64,000 nt of DNA, taken from NCBI GenBank assembly GCA_964035575.1, contig OZ037836.1, positions 1,860,001 through 1,924,000 of the forward strand. The letters are read 5' to 3'. A model generated the notes under the pieces. It did not search any database. It was not told the DNA's origin and was given only the letters and a program-made list of their open reading frames with translations. A program made the position numbers and the translations under genes. This DNA is from Rhynchopus sp. YZ270_cl-10. Lineage: Eukaryota. This document shows, piece after piece, positions 58,873 through 64,000 of this stretch (position 1 is its first letter; every line of letters starts with the position of its first letter).

Positions 58873-61800
58873 ATGTTCGGCCCACGCGAGGAGGTGCAAG
58901 CATACGCAAAGCAGCACAGCATCCTGAAGCTGGTCGACGAGCTTGTGAACGAGCTGCTTCAGCATAAGCCGTGCGACCCGTTGGCGCACCTGGCGTGCTA
59001 CATCGACGGCCTGCGTGGGGCAGCGCCTGCGACGGACGTGGAGAAGAACAGGCTTGCGGCAGAAGGCAGCACTGCGGCGTGCGCAGAGGTGTCGCACCCC
59101 TCGAGCACATCATCATCGCTCGAAGCGGCGCTGGGGACACTCTGGGACGCGTGCAGACCCAACCACGCGACGTTCAAGGAGCGTTTTGAGGAGGACGTTT
59201 CGCAGGGCCTTCGAGATGTGCTTGCGACAGTCTTCGCGAAGGCTGGGAAGGCGAAGGGACAGGCCGGGAAGGGACAGGAGGCAAAGGACACACCTGTGCA
59301 GACACAACTGAAGTTCGATGCCTCGCCAGACGTGACGCAAGCAAATGCGGCACAAAGTGTGCAGCTGGTGGACCCCTACAGCGCCGAGTACAGACCCACG
59401 CAGAGTGTGTCGGAGGTGGTCGACGGGCTTGCAGACTGGTTCGGACCTGGACGGAAGCTGTGGCCGCGGAGTGCTGTGGACAGGGTGAAGCACAACTGCA
59501 CCTTCATGCAGCACAAGCACAACTACGGGGAGGCGGCGGAGGTAGTGGTGCCGCTCTTCATCTACTCGATTGCGATCATGACGGAGTACACGTGGGCCTT
59601 CTGGGTCTCCTCGGATGGGCACGGACGGTGGACGCCGTTCTCGTCTGCGCACGCAGTTGTGCTGGAGAAGGACTTCCTTGCGCACTGCACGAAGGACGGG
59701 GCACCCCTGTGCGGGGAGGACGAAGACCTGACACGACCACGGGGGCTGCCGCTTGCACCGCTGAACAGCACCATCACAGACGCAAGGCGTGCGCTTGCAA
59801 GGGTTGCGGAGGACACGAGGGGTGCGGGCACCACCCCCAGCAGGCAGCCGGCGAGTGGCGCCTTCGAGGTGCCCACGCAGATGCAGGTGGTGTTCTGCGA
59901 CGGGCGCATGGTGGGCGGCAGCAGCAGCGAGGGGGACGAACAGGGGCGTGGCTTTGCAGGGAAGGTTGGTGGGGTGTTTGCGGGCTGGGAGGGGCTCACG
60001 GTCTTTGTGAGCACGCCCTTCCTTGAGGGTTGCAAATGTCGTGGTGACACCACCACCACCACGGCCACTTCTACTGCTGCTGATACTGCTGCCACGACGG
60101 CCAAGGACGTGGCAAAGGAGTTCTACATAGCACGGTACAAACTGTCAGACGTGAGGGCAGAGTACGAGGATGCACACATGCAAGGCACGGCGGATGCGGA
60201 GACACTCGCGAGCCTGAAGAAACGTGTTGCGCTGCACCCGTACTCGGACTCGGTTGCGTGGCTTCCGGCCCCGTCCTGCATCTTTGAAGGCCTCCACACT
60301 GCGACGGCGGACGTGCAGCACACACAGACGATGTCTCTGTCTCTCGCACGACTGCCCCCACCCGGTGTGCTGGAGTACCTGCAAAGCAGACGCACCTGTG
60401 AGCACCTTGAGATTGCCGAGGGTGGTCTGCACTATCTCTGTTCGCAGGACGCGTTTGCGTGCCGTGCACGTGAGGAGAAGGTGCTGCTCGGAGGGAGGAA
60501 GGAGAAGGTGGCGGGGACAGACACAGCATACGTCCGCTGTGACGACAGCTGCTTCTTCTGTGCGGTGGGTGCGCTGAAGGACCGTTGTGTGCGCGAGAAG
60601 AACCAGCAGCAGTACGACAAAGGCTGCAAGGAAGACCTCGACGCACTGAGCACCAAGCACACACAAGACTACAGCTCGTTCCAAGCGCTCGTGGCGCACA
60701 AGGTCGCCATCGCCGTGCGTGAGGCTCCCGAAGGCCAGGCACCGACGCCGCTGACGATCCTGCACGCTCTCGACATCCAAGACGTGTACTGGTCCTCGGC
60801 AGGTGTGGCAGACTGGACACACGTGAAACCCCTGCACGCTTCGCTCTCTGGGAAGAACAAGTTCATTGCCGTACCTGGAGCAGACGGCCCACCGTGTGTG
60901 CTGTACAAATCCTGCTGCGAGTTCGCGGACCAGCCGTACTACGTCTTGAACGCGTCGATGCGTGATGCACAGAACAAGGCACACAAGACGCAGATCACAG
61001 TGACGCGCAAGGACAAGACGAGCGAGGTCTTCTGTGCACGCAGCGTCGCGTCGCTTGGGCAGGGTATGGGCACGCTCCGCGAGGTGGCACGCAAGCACGC
61101 GACCCTGAGGACCTGCCTCAGAGACCTGATGAAGCTGTCGCACCAGACGTGCTTCGAGTCTGAGACGAGCGGGACGTCGCTCTGGTACACGTCACGCGAC
61201 ATCATCGACGATAAGAAGAAGGACGACGCCCTGCCGCGAAGCGACGAGGACTACCTGGACCCTGTGCACTACAGCGGGCTTGGCTACTACCGGTACACGG
61301 CACGGTACGACAAGGAGGCACCGGAGTACATGGAACCAAGCACGGTGAAGGTGCAAATGGGGGACTGGGTGTCGAGGCAGGTGCGGCCGCTGCTGTTCTA
61401 CGTGAACGAGGGAATGAAGGAGATGTCGCCTGTGCTGTCGTACCGGGGGTGGCGGTGTGCGCCGGAGACAGAACAGAAGTGCTACCGCGGGCTTGGGAAC
61501 GCGCGCCTGCCCCCTGAGCTCTACGCAACGGGGAACGTGGTGGTGTGGTCTGCGTTCTCGTCGACGTCGACGGACCAGGGCATCTCGCAGTTCTACGCCA
61601 GCTCCGCGAGCGGGATGACGGCGTCGGTCTTCATTGTGACAGGGTCGTCTTGCAGGCTGATCGCACCCTGGAGTAGGTTCGGCCGTGAAGAGGAGTGGCT
61701 GTTCCCACTGAACTCAATGTTCAAGGTGGACTCGATGTTGACGGAGGACCAGCAGTCGATTCTCGGGAAGAAAGACTTCCAGCTGTTCGAGATCTCTGAG

Positions 61801-64000
61801 GTGGACGAGCTGTCGATGGAGAAGATCCGCATCCGCTGCTCCCTGGCAAGCGCACAGACGAAGGAGGTCGCGCGTGTGGTCTTCTCAGCAGTGTCTGCAG
61901 TGGACTCTGGGAACGGTGTTCTCGACCTTTCCCTGAAGAGCGCAAGCGAAGGCTGTGTGGATGTGAAGTGGGTGTACACAGTTGTGGTGAACTTCGACGC
62001 ACTCCAGCTGTCTCCTGTGATGACGAACAACAGCACGAAGCTTTGCACTGGCAAGGTGGCCGACAGCTGGAGCAGTTTCCTGTCCCAGGCTCATGAGCTG
62101 AATCGCTTCACACACGAGCACCCTTGTGTGATCTTTGACCAGTCCTCGGAGGAGGGGCGGGAGGTGCTGAACGCAGTGTCTTTGGTTCTCGGCCTGCGCC
62201 ACTCGAAAGCGCTCACGTTTGTTGAGGTGACGTGCCACCTGAAGCCCTCAAAGGCGAAGGTCCTCCGCAGCTTTCAGGAAGAGAATGCGAGCTACTACCA
62301 GCTGAAGGCGATGAACCCGACGGAGCAGTGGGAAGTGAGCATCGAGATGCGGCGTGAGGAGGGCCAGGAGGGGTTTGCTTTTCTCCATGCGGGTGCTGTG
62401 CTGCTGCACAAGATCATCGCGAAGCAGGTGCACCTGGTGAGGGTTGACATCCGCAACAACGGTGTCGGTGTCGAGGGTGCGGAGCTGCTTCTGCAGGCGC
62501 TGCGTGTCAACAGGCATGTTGTGCAGCTCAGCATCTGCGACACTGAGCAGCAAAAGCTCCAGACGCACCACAAGCCTCTGCAGGTGCGTGACACACACGC
62601 ATGCGACGCAGAGGACGGGGACGATGCACACCTGGGGGAGGTTGTGGCACAGCGCATGATGTACATCCAGCACGTCATCAACATCAGGTGTGCGCACAAC
62701 AGAGGCACCATTGTGGCGAGCACGTTCTCCGACCTGGGTGACACCTGGCCACAGTACGCCACGGAAGCGCTGTACGACGTGGACGTGGTGGACATGGCCT
62801 TCTCGGACCTGTTCGACACCCGCCAGCGTGAGTCCGTTCGCTTCATCCGGCTTCTGCAGAAGGAGGTTGACGCACAGCAGCACGCAGCACAGCAACAGGA
62901 GCTTGCTTTGAACAGGACGTACCCAAAGCTCCCAGGCGCGCTTGTTGCTGCTGCGTGCTTCTGCGACCCGTGCGACATTGAGCTGCTTCTGGACATGCAC
63001 TGCAACCCCTTCGAGACGGACGCGTTTGGCGAAACACCACAACTGAAGATGTGGCGCCGTCGCAACAGAGGCACAGACACTCATGTGATACACAGCCCTC
63101 TCTTGGACGGCCTGGTGCAGCGCCTTCACGTGTGTCTGGACAGGCTCCAGCCCGCAGTGTTCCGGTACGACGAGCCACTGTGGAAAGTGAAGAACTTTGC
63201 GCTGGAAGTGATGCGGATGGCAGACGACCGTGAACACATCTCTCTCGCAACTGAGCTGATCCACAACGTGCGCGTCAGCTGCGAAGCCTTGCTCGGGAGC
63301 GAGGCTGCCACGTTGTGCGTATCTGAGTGCGTCACGAACGTGGGGCGCATGATGCAGGACACCCTGGACGTCTGCAAGAAGTGCTCCGTCCTGGTGCTGC
63401 AGTGCCCTCTTGGCCGTCAGGAAGCAAGCCTCTTCTGTCTCAAGGTGTTTTGTTCGCGTGGGAACGAGCTCTTTCCCATTGTGCAGGCAACGGACGAGAT
63501 GCATGACATGACCGATATGCGCAGCACGGGGCGCAGGATGTGTCAAGGAATTGGAAATGCAAATCCTGACACGGAGCGTTACCAGAGTTTTACAAAATTA
63601 TGTAATTGGGATAGTCTTCAATGTAGGCATTGGTCTCGTCTTCCTGAGGAGAGAAAGCTTCCACGCAGAATGGACAAGAACGGAATACACTACTTCGAGC
63701 ACGAAGTTGCTTTGCAGGACACGGAACCATGGTCAGACATGCAAGAGGCAGACGTGTGCAGCACGCATCGCAGACTGTACGAAGACAGCTACGTTACAAA
63801 GCAGCAGTATCTGGACAAGGTGTGGAGCACAGCCGAGCAGGAGGCGAAGCAGATACGCAGGCAGAACGCTGACGGCTACTTTGTCTTCAAACACGACTGG
63901 GATGAAGACATGGAGGGTGGTGCGTGGGAGGACGGGAAGAAGGAGACACTGCCGACGCTTGTGGAGCAGTTGCGGCAGCCCTCTCTCAACCTGTACGACC
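58873..64000 (+). CDS. Large protein (>1709 aa, 3' end beyond window): D/D (RIIa/Dpy-30-like) motif, WWE-like segment, ARTC-type ADP-ribosyltransferase domain, RI-like LRR
   Basis: Missing from the ORF track, consistent with no stop before 64000 (spot-checked translations are open). MFGPREEVQAYAKQHSILKLVDELVNELLQHKPCDPLAHL; WAFWVSSDGHGRWTPF..VLEKDF (~59590); CYRG..WSAFSSTS..SRFGREEEWLF (61480-61705); VDIRNNGVGVEGAELLLQALRVN (~62445). Confidence 0.85.
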   Translation, partial: MFGPREEVQAYAKQHSILKLVDELVNELLQHKPCDPLAHLACYIDGLRGAAPATDVEKNRLAAEGSTAACAEVSHPSSTSSSLEAALGTLWDACRPNHATFKERFEEDVSQGLRDVLATVFAKAGKAKGQAGKGQEAKDTPVQTQLKFDASPDVTQANAAQSVQLVDPYSAEYRPTQSVSEVVDGLADWFGPGRKLWPRSAVDRVKHNCTFMQHKHNYGEAAEVVVPLFIYSIAIMTEYTWAFWVSSDGHGRWTPFSSAHAVVLEKDFLAHCTKDGAPLCGEDEDLTRPRGLPLAPLNSTITDARRALARVAEDTRGAGTTPSRQPASGAFEVPTQMQVVFCDGRMVGGSSSEGDEQGRGFAGKVGGVFAGWEGLTVFVSTPFLEGCKCRGDTTTTTATSTAADTAATTAKDVAKEFYIARYKLSDVRAEYEDAHMQGTADAETLASLKKRVALHPYSDSVAWLPAPSCIFEGLHTATADVQHTQTMSLSLARLPPPGVLEYLQSRRTCEHLEIAEGGLHYLCSQDAFACRAREEKVLLGGRKEKVAGTDTAYVRCDDSCFFCAVGALKDRCVREKNQQQYDKGCKEDLDALSTKHTQDYSSFQALVAHKVAIAVREAPEGQAPTPLTILHALDIQDVYWSSAGVADWTHVKPLHASLSGKNKFIAVPGADGPPCVLYKSCCEFADQPYYVLNASMRDAQNKAHKTQITVTRKDKTSEVFCARSVASLGQGMGTLREVARKHATLRTCLRDLMKLSHQTCFESETSGTSLWYTSRDIIDDKKKDDALPRSDEDYLDPVHYSGLGYYRYTARYDKEAPEYMEPSTVKVQMGDWVSRQVRPLLFYVNEGMKEMSPVLSYRGWRCAPETEQKCYRGLGNARLPPELYATGNVVVWSAFSSTSTDQGISQFYASSASGMTASVFIVTGSSCRLIAPWSRFGREEEWLFPLNSMFKVDSMLTEDQQSILGKKDFQLFEISEVDELSMEKIRIRCSLASAQTKEVARVVFSAVSAVDSGNGVLDLSLKSASEGCVDVKWVYTVVVNFDALQLSPVMTNNSTKLCTGKVADSWSSFLSQAHELNRFTHEHPCVIFDQSSEEGREVLNAVSLVLGLRHSKALTFVEVTCHLKPSKAKVLRSFQEENASYYQLKAMNPTEQWEVSIEMRREEGQEGFAFLHAGAVLLHKIIAKQVHLVRVDIRNNGVGVEGAELLLQALRVNRHVVQLSICDTEQQKLQTHHKPLQVRDTHACDAEDGDDAHLGEVVAQRMMYIQHVINIRCAHNRGTIVASTFSDLGDTWPQYATEALYDVDVVDMAFSDLFDTRQRESVRFIRLLQKEVDAQQHAAQQQELALNRTYPKLPGALVAAACFCDPCDIELLLDMHCNPFETDAFGETPQLKMWRRRNRGTDTHVIHSPLLDGLVQRLHVCLDRLQPAVFRYDEPLWKVKNFALEVMRMADDREHISLATELIHNVRVSCEALLGSEAATLCVSECVTNVGRMMQDTLDVCKKCSVLVLQCPLGRQEASLFCLKVFCSRGNELFPIVQATDEMHDMTDMRSTGRRMCQGIGNANPDTERYQSFTKLCNWDSLQCRHWSRLPEERKLPRRMDKNGIHYFEHEVALQDTEPWSDMQEADVCSTHRRLYEDSYVTKQQYLDKVWSTAEQEAKQIRRQNADGYFVFKHDWDEDMEGGAWEDGKKETLPTLVEQLRQPSLNLYD

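Noticed and set aside
60145..63546. Long minus-strand ORFs (332, 432, 261 aa; likewise 44453-45385)
   Set aside because: Antisense shadows of GC3-rich plus-strand genes with no motifs of their own

Overview
Eukaryotic, repeat-rich window. The gene types, the single coding strand, CA-rich splice acceptors and the GTATGC donor suggest a euglenozoan, probably diplonemid-like; this is inference. All recognisable host genes are on the + strand. (i) A family of ubiquitin-like + 25-aa LRR genes in two subfamilies: type A ends in a CaaX box (5 intact, 1 disrupted, 1 stub) and type B ends in a bipartite-NLS-like tail (2 copies, both interrupted). (ii) Two tandem membrane proteins with a degenerate class III nucleotide-cyclase domain. 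(iii) A ~1605-aa PA-PA/LamG/cyclase-like receptor with one GT-AG intron that holds an LSU rRNA fragment. (iv) A >1709-aa ORF with D/D, WWE-like, ADP-ribosyltransferase (R-STS-EXE) and RI-like LRR motifs, running off the window. Intergenic DNA is packed with nested non-autonomous TIR transposons and a 1.27-kb palindrome. The most notable signal is five non-coding insertions from three families, with 13-19 bp target-site duplications, all inside UBL-LRR coding sequence. The four full-length ones begin exactly at a sequence that folds by eye into an HDV-like self-cleaving ribozyme on the sense strand, with compensatory changes between families. Two of the families carry an unusual extra hairpin in L3. 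All folds and domain calls were made by eye and need computational confirmation.
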